Shown here: positions 10,511-19,689 of the stretch, piece after piece
How the letters are laid out: each line of letters begins with the position of its first letter
Numbering within the stretch: the first letter of the stretch is position 1
Virus record (IMG/VR): IMGVR_UViG_3300035664_000014
Location: 1 to 63,308 of that record
Length of the DNA: 63,308 bases
Strand: one strand, 5' to 3'
Origin: a virus
Taxonomy: Duplodnaviria > Caudoviricetes
The notes under the pieces: model-generated
Told to the model about the DNA's origin: nothing
Database searches by the model: none
The model's input: only the letters and a program-made list of their open reading frames with translations
Translations under genes and position numbers: made by a program

Positions 10511-11926
10511 ATGCCTGACGTAAAGATTTCAGCACTCCCGACAGCAACCACCATTGCCGATGCGGATATTCTTGTCGTAAACCAAGGTTCGCCTGCTGTA
10601 ACGAAGAAGATTTCGTATGGAACTCTGCTGCCAGTTGCAGCGACAAATACGGGCACTTTTGGCAATGATCACGAAGTTGCACAGGTGACTATCGACTCCA
10701 AGGGCAGGACAACCGCAGCGGCATCAGTGCCCATCAATGCGTCCAACATCTCTGTTGGCACACTCCCAGTAGACCACGGAGGCACTGGGGCTGCAACGCA
10801 CACGGCTGGAGCTTATCTAAAGGGGAACGGGACAGCAGCAATTACAACGGCAGCAACAGTTCCAGTTGCAGATATTGCAGGGACACTGCCTGTAGCCAAA
10901 GGCGGGACTGGAGCAGCAACACTCACGGGGTTCGTCAAAGCAAGCGGCACGAATGCCATGACGGCATCCGCAACCGTTGCGCTAGGCAGCGAGGTATCCG
11001 GCACATTGCCAGTGGCAAACGGAGGCACGGGCGCAGCAACGCTCACAGCAAGCGGATATCTCAAAGGCAACGGAACTAGCGCAATTACCTCCCAAACTGG
11101 AGTGCCAGCGGCAGACATCACAGGAACGCTAGGGATTCCGGCAGGAGGCACGGGGCAAACAACGCAGCAGGCAGCATTGAACGCTCTAGCTGGAGCGGCA
11201 ACGAACGCGCAGTATCTGCGAGGCAACGGCACGAACGTAGTGATGTCTGCACTGCAAGCGGCAGACTTGAGCGGCACAATTTCGTCCTCAAACTTGGCTG
11301 ACACTGGCGTATCCGCAACGTCATACGGATCATCAACTCAAGTTGGGACATTCACGGTAGATTCAAAAGGGAGATTAACAACAGCAGCTTCAGTTGCAAT
11401 TTCAGCATCTGGGATTGGCGCAATAACGACGACTACTGGAGGAACCATTTCAAGTGCTGGAATCACTGGAACAGCCTTGGCTATCAATTGTCCAAACTCG
11501 TTATTCGGAATAACGTCAACGACGACGATTGCCTCGCCAACCCTGTTTGCCTCATCGGACAACTTGACGGGGACGACGATTACGACAAACGGCGTGTCGC
11601 TCAAAGCATCCGCTGGAATCACATTCGGCTCATCAGGGACTCAGACAGTCCCATATATAGCTCCGCTGAAATTCTCAACAACCCTTGGGATATTGAGTCT
11701 GAACCCAGGGGCAACAATGTCGATTACAATTACAGGTTCGGGACTATTGAAAACATATCCAGTGCTTGTGGCGATAAATCAAACGTCAAATATACCAAAT
11801 TACCTGCTACTTACAGCGTACTGCTCAAGCTCGACGACAATCTCCGTTACAATAAGAAACTCCTCATCAGCAACGACAGCCAACTTTGACTCTGGCGCAA
11901 CAATAGAAGCTACGGTATTTAGATAG
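10511..11926 (+). CDS. tail fibre-like protein
   Basis: KISALP N-terminus, repeated TLPVAxGGTGA and TVDSKGRLT motifs. Confidence 0.75.
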   Translation: MPDVKISALPTATTIADADILVVNQGSPAVTKKISYGTLLPVAATNTGTFGNDHEVAQVTIDSKGRTTAAASVPINASNISVGTLPVDHGGTGAATHTAGAYLKGNGTAAITTAATVPVADIAGTLPVAKGGTGAATLTGFVKASGTNAMTASATVALGSEVSGTLPVANGGTGAATLTASGYLKGNGTSAITSQTGVPAADITGTLGIPAGGTGQTTQQAALNALAGAATNAQYLRGNGTNVVMSALQAADLSGTISSSNLADTGVSATSYGSSTQVGTFTVDSKGRLTTAASVAISASGIGAITTTTGGTISSAGITGTALAINCPNSLFGITSTTTIASPTLFASSDNLTGTTITTNGVSLKASAGITFGSSGTQTVPYIAPLKFSTTLGILSLNPGATMSITITGSGLLKTYPVLVAINQTSNIPNYLLLTAYCSSSTTISVTIRNSSSATTANFDSGATIEATVFR

Positions 11927-11950
11927 AAGAAACTCTGCAAAGCTCTACTA

Positions 11951-12247
11951 ATGGCTAAGATCACAAAGTTCATTCGCAAGCGGAATGCTAATCCGGCATT
12001 GACGCAGAACAAGCTATCTGCAAGAGTGCAGGTATCTGGGAGCAATCTGACTTTCCGCTTCAAGAAGACTTCGGGGACTCCAACTCCTCCACAAACAGAT
12101 TCATACTATATCAGACCAGCATCTGGATACTATATCAGACCGGATGGGTTCAAATATGTTCGTCCAGCATCGGCAGTATATGAATTTACAGCACCGAATG
12201 GCGACGTATATACCTCTCCAACAGGCGACCAATACATTGCACCGTAA
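11951..12247 (+). CDS. small virion-module protein with YxRP repeats
   Basis: YYIRP, YYIRP, YVRP; similar to 51451-51609. Confidence 0.65.
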   Translation: MAKITKFIRKRNANPALTQNKLSARVQVSGSNLTFRFKKTSGTPTPPQTDSYYIRPASGYYIRPDGFKYVRPASAVYEFTAPNGDVYTSPTGDQYIAP

Positions 12248-12249
12248 TT

Positions 12250-13455
12250 ATGCCAGACATCCAAGTTTCATCAGATATTGATTCCTTCATGCTGTCTGCC
12301 AATCGGCAGGCCGCAATGGACAATCTTGCAGGATCAACAACCTCTGGAAGATACCTTCGTGGGAATGGAACGGATGTGGTCATGTCCACAATCCAGGCAG
12401 CGGATGTCCCAACGCTCAACCAGAACACCACTGGAACTGCTTCAAACGTCACTGGAACGGTTGCCACTGCAAACGGCGGAACAGGGCAGACGACTTACAG
12501 CAACGGGCAGCTTCTAATCGGCAACACCGCAGGCGGGCTTACAAAGGCAACGCTGACGGCTGGGAGTAATGTCACCATCACGAACGGCAATGGAGCTATC
12601 ACCATTGCATCTTCTGGCGGCAGTGTAACCCCGACCGACGTGCAGATATTCACATCGAACGGAACGTGGACAAAGCCTGCTGGGGCTGTATCGGTTAACA
12701 TTCAACTCTTCGGCGCAGGCGGAGGAGGTTCGAGTGGGCAGAAAAATAACAACACAACAATCGCTCGCGTTGCAGGTGGTGGAGGCTGTGGAGGTTCCTA
12801 TTTAAATGCAAACATCAGGGCTTCAGATTTAGGGGCAACGGAATCTGTTCTCATTGGCCTTGGTGGCGCAGGCGGGGCTGGACAAACAACAAACGGTGGA
12901 AGTCAAATTGCAGGCACAGCTGGAGGCAATACAACCTTTGGGTCGCTTATTGCTTTGGGAGGAGTTGCTGGTCAGGCCAACGGAACTGCTGGCACTGGAG
13001 GGCTGCAAGCGAATCCTGGTGGATCTGCTTCTGGAACAGGCTCAACTGGCGCGGCTGGATCTCCTTCGCTTGTAACTGTTTTAGCTGCGTATGGTGGTGC
13101 TGGTGGAGCAGGAGGAGGCGGCCTTACCAACACATCAGTGACTTCTGCTGGAGGAGCAGGCGGACGGTCTCATGCATTAAATTTAGCTGGTGGAGCAGCA
13201 GGAGCGCAAAGCAATGGCCCAGCTAACGCAGGGGCAGGGGGAGCGGGATTGTCTGCTCCAGCGAACATTTTTGCAGTTGGTTCTGGCGGAGGAGGCGGAG
13301 GAGGTGCAAAAGGTGGCGGAAGCGGAGGAGCAGGTGGAGCAGGTGGATTCCCAGCAGGCGGCGGGGGTGGTGGTGGAGCGACCGAAGATGGAGCAACAAG
13401 CGGCGCAGGCGGCACAGGCGCAAATGGGTTTGCTATTATAACAACTTACTTCTAA
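12250..13455 (+). CDS. glycine-rich fibre/appendage protein, copy 1
   Basis: FTSNGTWTKPAGA...GAGGGG glycine-rich domain ending IITTYF. Confidence 0.8.
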   Translation: MPDIQVSSDIDSFMLSANRQAAMDNLAGSTTSGRYLRGNGTDVVMSTIQAADVPTLNQNTTGTASNVTGTVATANGGTGQTTYSNGQLLIGNTAGGLTKATLTAGSNVTITNGNGAITIASSGGSVTPTDVQIFTSNGTWTKPAGAVSVNIQLFGAGGGGSSGQKNNNTTIARVAGGGGCGGSYLNANIRASDLGATESVLIGLGGAGGAGQTTNGGSQIAGTAGGNTTFGSLIALGGVAGQANGTAGTGGLQANPGGSASGTGSTGAAGSPSLVTVLAAYGGAGGAGGGGLTNTSVTSAGGAGGRSHALNLAGGAAGAQSNGPANAGAGGAGLSAPANIFAVGSGGGGGGGAKGGGSGGAGGAGGFPAGGGGGGGATEDGATSGAGGTGANGFAIITTYF

Positions 13456-13630
13456 GCAATGAAATACGCAGTCGTTGATGAGGCTACCAAAGTGGTAATG
13501 AACATGACTGTGTGGGACGGGGTGACACCTTGCACTCCACCACATGGCACAACTTTCGTTAATGTCACTGATACCCCATGTGGCATTGGCTGGATTGAGC
13601 AACCAGACGGAACCTTTGCCCCTCCTCCTG
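12250..13630 (+). repeat. Direct repeat copy 1 (identical core 12627-13586)
   Basis: Matches 51615-52995. Alternative-frame ORF translations in the core are identical, while the flanks are homologous but diverged. Confidence 0.95.
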
Positions 13631-13641
13631 AAGATGCCTAA
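13459..13641 (+). CDS. small partner of glycine-rich protein
   Basis: GIGW..DGTFAPPP motif; homologous to 52824-53003 and 54939-55124. Confidence 0.7.
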   Translation: MKYAVVDEATKVVMNMTVWDGVTPCTPPHGTTFVNVTDTPCGIGWIEQPDGTFAPPPEDA

Positions 13642-13906
13642 GAAGCAAGTCAACCTCTCGGTCTCTCGCGGCGAGAAGCTCCCAGTGTCCCAAGGCGCTG
13701 GGCTCACCGCGAAAGGCCGCGCAAAGTACAACCGCGCCACAGGCTCGAATCTGAAGGCTCCAGCACCCAACCCAAAGACGAAGGCAGACGAGGGCCGCAA
13801 GGCGTCGTTCTGTGCGCGTATGAGCGGGATGCCTGGGCCCATGAAAGACGAGAAAGGTCGCCCCACCCGCAAAGCTGCTTCACTTAAACGCTGGAACTGC
13901 AAATGA
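13634..13906 (+). CDS. DUF6321-like basic protein (phage B)
   Basis: GLTAKGRAKYNRATGSNLKAP...RKASFCARM...SLKRWNC. Confidence 0.7.
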   Translation: MPKKQVNLSVSRGEKLPVSQGAGLTAKGRAKYNRATGSNLKAPAPNPKTKADEGRKASFCARMSGMPGPMKDEKGRPTRKAASLKRWNCK

Positions 13907-14049
13907 AAAAAGGACTCTACGCCAACATCCACGCCAAACGCGAACGTATCGAAGCCGGTAGCAAGGAGAAGATGCGCAAGCCAGGCTCCAAGGGCGCCCC
14001 GACCGCTGCTGCGTTTAAGGCTTCTGCCAAGACCGCCAAGAAGAAGTAA
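13903..14049 (+). CDS. small basic protein (48 aa)
   Basis: MKKGLYANIHAKRERI...; overlaps both neighbours and is below the ORF-track size cutoff. Confidence 0.7.
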   Translation: MKKGLYANIHAKRERIEAGSKEKMRKPGSKGAPTAAAFKASAKTAKKK

Positions 14050-15452
14050 TGCAAGTCCCACTGCTCAGCGGTATCTACACGGACGGGGCCGGCGACTTTC
14101 GCCGAAGCTACCCGCGCAACTTGGTGCCCGTCGTTCAGCCATCCGGCTTGAGCGAAGGCTACCTGAGACCGGCTGACGGGATTAAGCAGTTCGCGGTAGG
14201 CCCAGGGCTCGACCGTGGTGGCATTGAGTGGAACAACGTGCTCTACCGCGTGATGGGCACGAAGCTCGTCTCGGTGAGTTCGCTTGGGAACGTGGTGGTG
14301 CTCGCGGACGTTGGCGGCAGTGGTCAAGTGACCTTTGACTACTCGGAGACGCTGCTAGCGATTCTCTCCAGCGGAACGCTGTACTACTGGAACGGCTCAA
14401 CGCTCACCAGCCTCACGCCTGACCCTGCCATGGGGCCAATCACAGACTTCTGCTGGGTGGATGGGTACTTCTTTCTGACGGACGGGTTTTTCATCGCTAC
14501 GACGAACTTGGTCAACCCGACCATCGTTCAGGCCAAGGCGACATCCGAAGCTGATCCAGACCCCATCGTCTCGATTCAGAAGTTCCGGAACGAGGTCTAT
14601 GCGATTAACCGACATACCATTGAGCTCTTCAACAACGTCGGTGGAGACATCCTATCCTTCCCGTTCGCTCGCATCGAAGGAGCCCAGATTCAACGGGGTG
14701 GAATCGGAACGTACTCCTGCTGCGTATATCTGGATTCTGTGGCTTTCGTCGGAGGCGGACGCAACGAGGCGCCATCGGTATGGTTGGCGTCCGGAGCCAA
14801 CACCGTCAAAATCGCTACACGGGAGATTGACCAGATTCTGGCAACTTACTCTGAAGCTGCTCTGGCTTCGACTATCTGTGAAACACGTCTGTACAACGGA
14901 CTTAACCACCTCTACATCCACCTTCCGGACCACACGCTAGTCTACGACGGCGCGATCTCGCAGGTCGCCGGCCAAGCCATCTGGTTCACGCTGGCTGACG
15001 GTCTCTACGGCAACAGCAGCTACCGCGCACGCAACTTTGTGTACGCTTACGACAAGTGGGTTTGCGGGGACACCTCAGCACCCAATCTCGGCTACGCGGT
15101 TCAAGACATCTCCTCGCTTTGGGGCGAGCGCGTTGGCTGGCAGTTCGAGACGCAAATCTTCTACAACGAAGGCAAGGGCGCCATCTTCCACGAACTGGAG
15201 CTCGTTGCCCTGCCTGGGCGCGTGGCTATTGGCATAAACCCAACCATCTTCGCGAGCTACTCGACTGATGGCGTCACCTACTCGCAAGAGCGTGGTATCA
15301 GCGCCGGTAAGACTGGGGACCGCAACAAGCGCCTGACGTGGATGCGCAACGGTCGCATGGGAGACTGGAGAACGTATCGCTTTCGCGGGACGAGCGACGC
15401 GCACTTGTCAATGGCCCGCTTGGAGGCGCGGCTTGAGCCGCTTGTGTGGTAA
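14049..15452 (+). CDS. P22 gp10-like DNA stabilization (tail hub) protein
   Basis: 467 aa; YPRNLVP...GYLRP, DGYF, EADPDPIV motifs. Confidence 0.85.
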   Translation: MQVPLLSGIYTDGAGDFRRSYPRNLVPVVQPSGLSEGYLRPADGIKQFAVGPGLDRGGIEWNNVLYRVMGTKLVSVSSLGNVVVLADVGGSGQVTFDYSETLLAILSSGTLYYWNGSTLTSLTPDPAMGPITDFCWVDGYFFLTDGFFIATTNLVNPTIVQAKATSEADPDPIVSIQKFRNEVYAINRHTIELFNNVGGDILSFPFARIEGAQIQRGGIGTYSCCVYLDSVAFVGGGRNEAPSVWLASGANTVKIATREIDQILATYSEAALASTICETRLYNGLNHLYIHLPDHTLVYDGAISQVAGQAIWFTLADGLYGNSSYRARNFVYAYDKWVCGDTSAPNLGYAVQDISSLWGERVGWQFETQIFYNEGKGAIFHELELVALPGRVAIGINPTIFASYSTDGVTYSQERGISAGKTGDRNKRLTWMRNGRMGDWRTYRFRGTSDAHLSMARLEARLEPLVW

Positions 15453-16199
15453 ATGGCCAACTCCATCAAGCCCAATCGGAATGACCTTGCCAAGTTCTTG
15501 CCCGACCAGCGCCTCATCCGCGCCTTCGAGCAACTCTTCGAGTACGTTCCAGCTGGCATCGACGCCAACACCATTGACTCGTATAACTCTCAGACGTCTG
15601 CACAACAGGCGCTTGACACGGTTGAAGCCCTTCGCAGCGTCATCGAGCTCGCTTCTACAGCGCCTACTGCGCAGGCTAACCAGATTGCTGAACTGGCCCA
15701 GCAGGTAGCTCTGCTCTCGCAGGCGCCACCGGTAGAGCAGCAGAAGAACCCGAGGTACGGCACCTTCTACGACACCACAACGCAGACCGCAGCGGCCATA
15801 AACACGGCATACGCCGTCACGTTCAACTCGACTGACCTCAGCTTCGGCGTGAGCACTGGAACGCCTGCAAGCCGCATTTACGTTGATTCTGAGGGCATCT
15901 ACAATTTCCAGTTCTCCATGCAGCTAGACAAGACCGCTGGAGGCGTTGGTCTGTTCTACTTGTGGGCGCGAATCAACGGCGTTGACCAAGCCAACTCGGC
16001 CACCCAAATCCGCATTCAGGGCAACAACGCAGAAAGTGTTGCGGCATGGAACTTCGTGTATAGAATGAACGCGGGAGATTACTTTGAGCTCATGTGGTCT
16101 GTGGACACAACAGACATCGAAATCAAAGCCTTTACCGCAGCCCCACCGGTGCCTGACATTCCGTCAGTCCTTTTGAGCGTCACCAACAACATCTCCTGA
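15453..16199 (+). CDS. virion protein (tail-needle position)
   Basis: Coiled-coil N-terminus with a beta-rich C-terminal domain, after the gp10-like gene. Confidence 0.6.
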   Translation: MANSIKPNRNDLAKFLPDQRLIRAFEQLFEYVPAGIDANTIDSYNSQTSAQQALDTVEALRSVIELASTAPTAQANQIAELAQQVALLSQAPPVEQQKNPRYGTFYDTTTQTAAAINTAYAVTFNSTDLSFGVSTGTPASRIYVDSEGIYNFQFSMQLDKTAGGVGLFYLWARINGVDQANSATQIRIQGNNAESVAAWNFVYRMNAGDYFELMWSVDTTDIEIKAFTAAPPVPDIPSVLLSVTNNIS

Positions 16200-16201
16200 C
16201 A

Positions 16202-16537
16202 ATGGCTGTAACCGTCAAAAACATCATCCCGCCCAAGCAGGCCGAGGCTGCTGCGACAGCCCAGTATCAGGCATCGAACTGCAAGTGCATCATCGACAAG
16301 TTCACGGTGACCAACACCTCTGCGGCGAATGCGTCCATCACGGTGAACCTGATTACGCCCTCGGGGACAGCCGGCAACAGCAACAGGATTCTTTCCTCGA
16401 AGGTCGTTGTGCCCAATGAGACCTACACCTGCCCAGAGCTCGTCGGGCAGGTTCTTGAGTCCGGTGGCATCATCTCCACAACCGCAAGCGCAGCGACCTC
16501 GCTGACCATCATGGCTTCTGGGAGGGAAGTGACCTAG
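16202..16537 (+). CDS. hypothetical virion protein
   Basis: 111 aa, in operon. Confidence 0.7.
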   Translation: MAVTVKNIIPPKQAEAAATAQYQASNCKCIIDKFTVTNTSAANASITVNLITPSGTAGNSNRILSSKVVVPNETYTCPELVGQVLESGGIISTTASAATSLTIMASGREVT

Positions 16538-16539
16538 AG

Positions 16540-16986
16540 ATGGAGTTTCAGCGTGAAATCTTTACCGAGCAACTTGGCAATGAAGCAGAAGAACTCATTG
16601 GGATTCATCACGAAGAAGTTTCTGGCGAAATCGCAGACCTTCCTGCAAGGGTTCCGTACGATAAGTATGGAGCTTTTGAGCAACTTGGACTGCTTCGCGT
16701 TTTCACTGCGCGACATGAGTCAAGGTTGGTTGGATACAACGTATTCGCGTTCGTTGAACACCATCAGCACGGCGTCAACTTTGCGTCCCACGACACCTTA
16801 TTTCTTCACAAGGACTTCAGAAAAGGAACAACTGGCATCAAGTTTCTTAAGTGGTGTGATGAACAACTTAAAAACGACGGCGCACTTTTTGTTACCCAGC
16901 ACTCATCAGCATCGATTGATCTTGAAAAGCTTCTTTTAAGGATGGGATACAAACTTGCAGAGAAGATTTACCTTAAACGATTCTAA
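16540..16986 (+). CDS. GNAT-fold acetyltransferase-like protein
   Basis: LVGY...LFLHKDFRKGTTGIKFL...LLRMGY pattern. Confidence 0.7.
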   Translation: MEFQREIFTEQLGNEAEELIGIHHEEVSGEIADLPARVPYDKYGAFEQLGLLRVFTARHESRLVGYNVFAFVEHHQHGVNFASHDTLFLHKDFRKGTTGIKFLKWCDEQLKNDGALFVTQHSSASIDLEKLLLRMGYKLAEKIYLKRF

Positions 16987-16989
16987 ATT

Positions 16990-18084
16990 ATGGGATTAGA
17001 TCCTCTTACAGGCACCGCTCTCGCATTGGGAGGAGCATCAATTTATTCTGGAAGACGTTCTGCTAAAGCTGCTCAAGCAGCAGCAAAAGCGCAGCAAAAA
17101 GGCATTGACCAAGGCATTGAAGAGCAAAGGCGTCAGTTTGATTTTGTTCAAAAAATCCTTGCTCCATACGTCTCGGCTGGACGGCCTGATTTGACGCAGC
17201 CGTACATCGCGGCTGGCCCAGGGGCGATTCAGCAGATGCAACGGCTTGTTGGTCTCGGCGGCGAACAAGCACGCCAACAGGCACTCTTCAATGTATATCA
17301 GGGGACAGATTACAGGCAGTTATCTGACATCACTGAGCAAAACATTGATGAGTACGAGCGCAATAGAAAGCAGGAACTAGAGCTCTTTAAGAAGTCAGCA
17401 GCGTACAAAAAACCAACTCTTGCAGAAGGGCAAAAGGGCAAAACGGCAATCAAACAAGCTCGTGAAGACCTTATTTCCAACTTCCAGCTTGCCACAGATA
17501 AGGGCATTCGAGACATCGAAACGCAGGGGTATAATCAACAGCAGGCTCTCCTTAAACCAGTCCTTGAGGACAAGCAGTACGAGCAGATGGGCATGGAGCA
17601 ACAGCGCCAAGCCATCCAGCAGATTGAGCAGGGGCCACTGTTCCAAGAGCTCGCTCGTCAAGGGGAGGCCGGTTTGCTCGCAACCGCATCTGCCACCGGT
17701 CGAAGGGGAGCTGATGACACGCAAAGCGCGATTGCGCGTTTCCGTCCGCAGCTTCTCAACTCGCTCATCGATCAAACGTATGCGCGACTTGGGGGATTGA
17801 CCAACGTCGGTCAAACAGCAGCGCAAAGCCTGCTCAACATCGGTCAAGCTTCAGCCGCTGGAACCGGGGCTGCGGCAACATCAGCAGGCAATGCAATCGC
17901 CGGTCTCTACTCGGATAGAGGCGCTGCTGGAGCGGCTGGAATCATTGGCGCAGCAAACGCTCAAAACCAAGGTCTCATGGGTGCTGTTGGCGCTCTTGGT
18001 GATTACGCACAGACATTCGGGGCACAAAACTTCGTTCGTGAAATGAAAGGTATGCCCCAGAAAAAGATGTTCGGATTCTTCTAA
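16990..18084 (+). CDS. DNA ejection protein, P22 gp7-like
   Basis: Hydrophobic Gly/Ala-rich ends, PYVSAG and ASATG motifs, position. Confidence 0.7.
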   Translation: MGLDPLTGTALALGGASIYSGRRSAKAAQAAAKAQQKGIDQGIEEQRRQFDFVQKILAPYVSAGRPDLTQPYIAAGPGAIQQMQRLVGLGGEQARQQALFNVYQGTDYRQLSDITEQNIDEYERNRKQELELFKKSAAYKKPTLAEGQKGKTAIKQAREDLISNFQLATDKGIRDIETQGYNQQQALLKPVLEDKQYEQMGMEQQRQAIQQIEQGPLFQELARQGEAGLLATASATGRRGADDTQSAIARFRPQLLNSLIDQTYARLGGLTNVGQTAAQSLLNIGQASAAGTGAAATSAGNAIAGLYSDRGAAGAAGIIGAANAQNQGLMGAVGALGDYAQTFGAQNFVREMKGMPQKKMFGFF

Positions 18085-18090
18085 AAGCGT

Positions 18091-19686
18091 ATGGCCTCTA
18101 AGTTCGATTACTCGATAAACATACCGCAACCAACAGGTTTTGGCGCTGGTATGATGCAGAAAATTGGAGCGTTGCAGAACATTGTTGAGGCCCAAGACAG
18201 GTCGGCTTTGATGCAGCAACTTGCTCCTTTGCAAGTTCAACAGGCGCAGGCAAACCTTGCTTCTACTCAACAGCAGATGTCTCAGAGCGCGGCTGCGGCG
18301 TCCCGAGAAGAAGCAAGGTTTGGAGAGTTCACAAAACAACAGGAGGCAGACAGGAATCTTGCGATTGCAATCTCTGAAGGCAAAAGCCCAGCAGAAATTG
18401 CCACACTGCTTCCAAATGCAAGCCCAGGGTTTGTTTCAAAGTTCCCACAACTTGCTCAAGCCATTACTGCGACAAAGATTGGCCCTCTGCTTGAGCGAGG
18501 GGAGATACGTCCTGAAGACAAGAAAACGGTAAACGATGCGCTTGTTCTCTCGTTTATGCTCAACCCGCAAGAGGGTAATGTGTTTCGGAGCGCGATTGCT
18601 GCAGTCCCAGACCCAGTTCGATCCGAATTTGGAAAACAGATTTCAATGGTAACGACAGCGGGGCTTGGCGGTGACAATGCAACTGCAATCAATCGTCTTC
18701 AAAGCCTTGTGGATGGATTGAAGAACAGTGAAAATCCTCAAAACAAAAATCTTGGAGAAATTGTATCAAAAGAACTGGAGAGCATTAAGAAGCAAAACAA
18801 AGAAGGAACTCTTGATCAAACAAGATGGTATCTTCGTGGCACAGAACTTTCCAATTTGCTTGGTCAATCTGCGATAGGAAAGATGATTGGAGAGACCGCT
18901 GAAACGTATTTCAAGCTCAAGAAAACCAAGGCTGAAGCAGAAAGGGAAACAGCTTTTGGAAAAAAAGCTCAAGGAGAATCAGGTGTTGGAAGACCTCTCG
19001 ATAAAATAGACGAGAAGGTGGTTGAGAGTTATGCGGATTCATCAATCAAAATGAATGAAACTGCAAACAATGCTCTTGATCTTTACAAGAAAGCAGAGGA
19101 ATTGAATTTAGACAGTGGTGCTCCCGCTCAAGTAAAAGAAGCAATTACTCGGTTTTTTGGCGGGGATGATGTGACGCAATTCAGAACGCAGATAGGCGGA
19201 ATGCTTGACGCTCAGGCTCTGCGTAACTGGAAACAAGCAGCTCCTGGCTCTGGAACAATGTCGAACACTGAAACGGCTCGTGCATTAAGCGCAATGCCAT
19301 CAAAAACGGCATCTCCCGTTATCTTGAAAGATTATCTGAAGGCAGTAGTAAACACCACTGCAAGAGCCGAAAATTACGAACAAGCACAAGTTGAGTGGGC
19401 TACAAACATTGGGTTGGCGCGAAAAGCTCAAGAGGACACCAGTATTGCTGGAATCCCTATCAAGAAGGGAGAATCCTTTCCTGATTTCAAAAAAAGAATC
19501 GTAAAACAACTAGGCTCAACGGACTTCTTTGAACAGATGCGGGAAGAGTCTAATGCAGTTGAGAAGCGTAAGATGGATGCTATTAGTCAACGGCCTCCAG
19601 AAGGTGGTCAAGCGCCTGATTTCAAAAATGTTGGAAATGATATTTTTGAGATAGCAGCAGAATACCTTCGGAAAGGAGGTAAGTAG
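18091..19686 (+). CDS. DNA ejection protein, gp20 position
   Basis: 531 aa, helical, SGTMSNTE motif, position. Confidence 0.6.
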   Translation: MASKFDYSINIPQPTGFGAGMMQKIGALQNIVEAQDRSALMQQLAPLQVQQAQANLASTQQQMSQSAAAASREEARFGEFTKQQEADRNLAIAISEGKSPAEIATLLPNASPGFVSKFPQLAQAITATKIGPLLERGEIRPEDKKTVNDALVLSFMLNPQEGNVFRSAIAAVPDPVRSEFGKQISMVTTAGLGGDNATAINRLQSLVDGLKNSENPQNKNLGEIVSKELESIKKQNKEGTLDQTRWYLRGTELSNLLGQSAIGKMIGETAETYFKLKKTKAEAERETAFGKKAQGESGVGRPLDKIDEKVVESYADSSIKMNETANNALDLYKKAEELNLDSGAPAQVKEAITRFFGGDDVTQFRTQIGGMLDAQALRNWKQAAPGSGTMSNTETARALSAMPSKTASPVILKDYLKAVVNTTARAENYEQAQVEWATNIGLARKAQEDTSIAGIPIKKGESFPDFKKRIVKQLGSTDFFEQMREESNAVEKRKMDAISQRPPEGGQAPDFKNVGNDIFEIAAEYLRKGGK

Positions 19687-19689
19687 AAA

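Larger units (their letters stand above)
1..12626 (+). mobile_element. Phage A left arm (packaging, head and first fibre genes)
   Basis: Co-oriented TerL, portal, scaffold, capsid, adaptor and fibre genes. Confidence 0.85.

Noticed and set aside
13183-14061. 292-aa minus-strand ORF across the repeat junction
   Set aside because: Lies antisense to four well-supported plus-strand genes.
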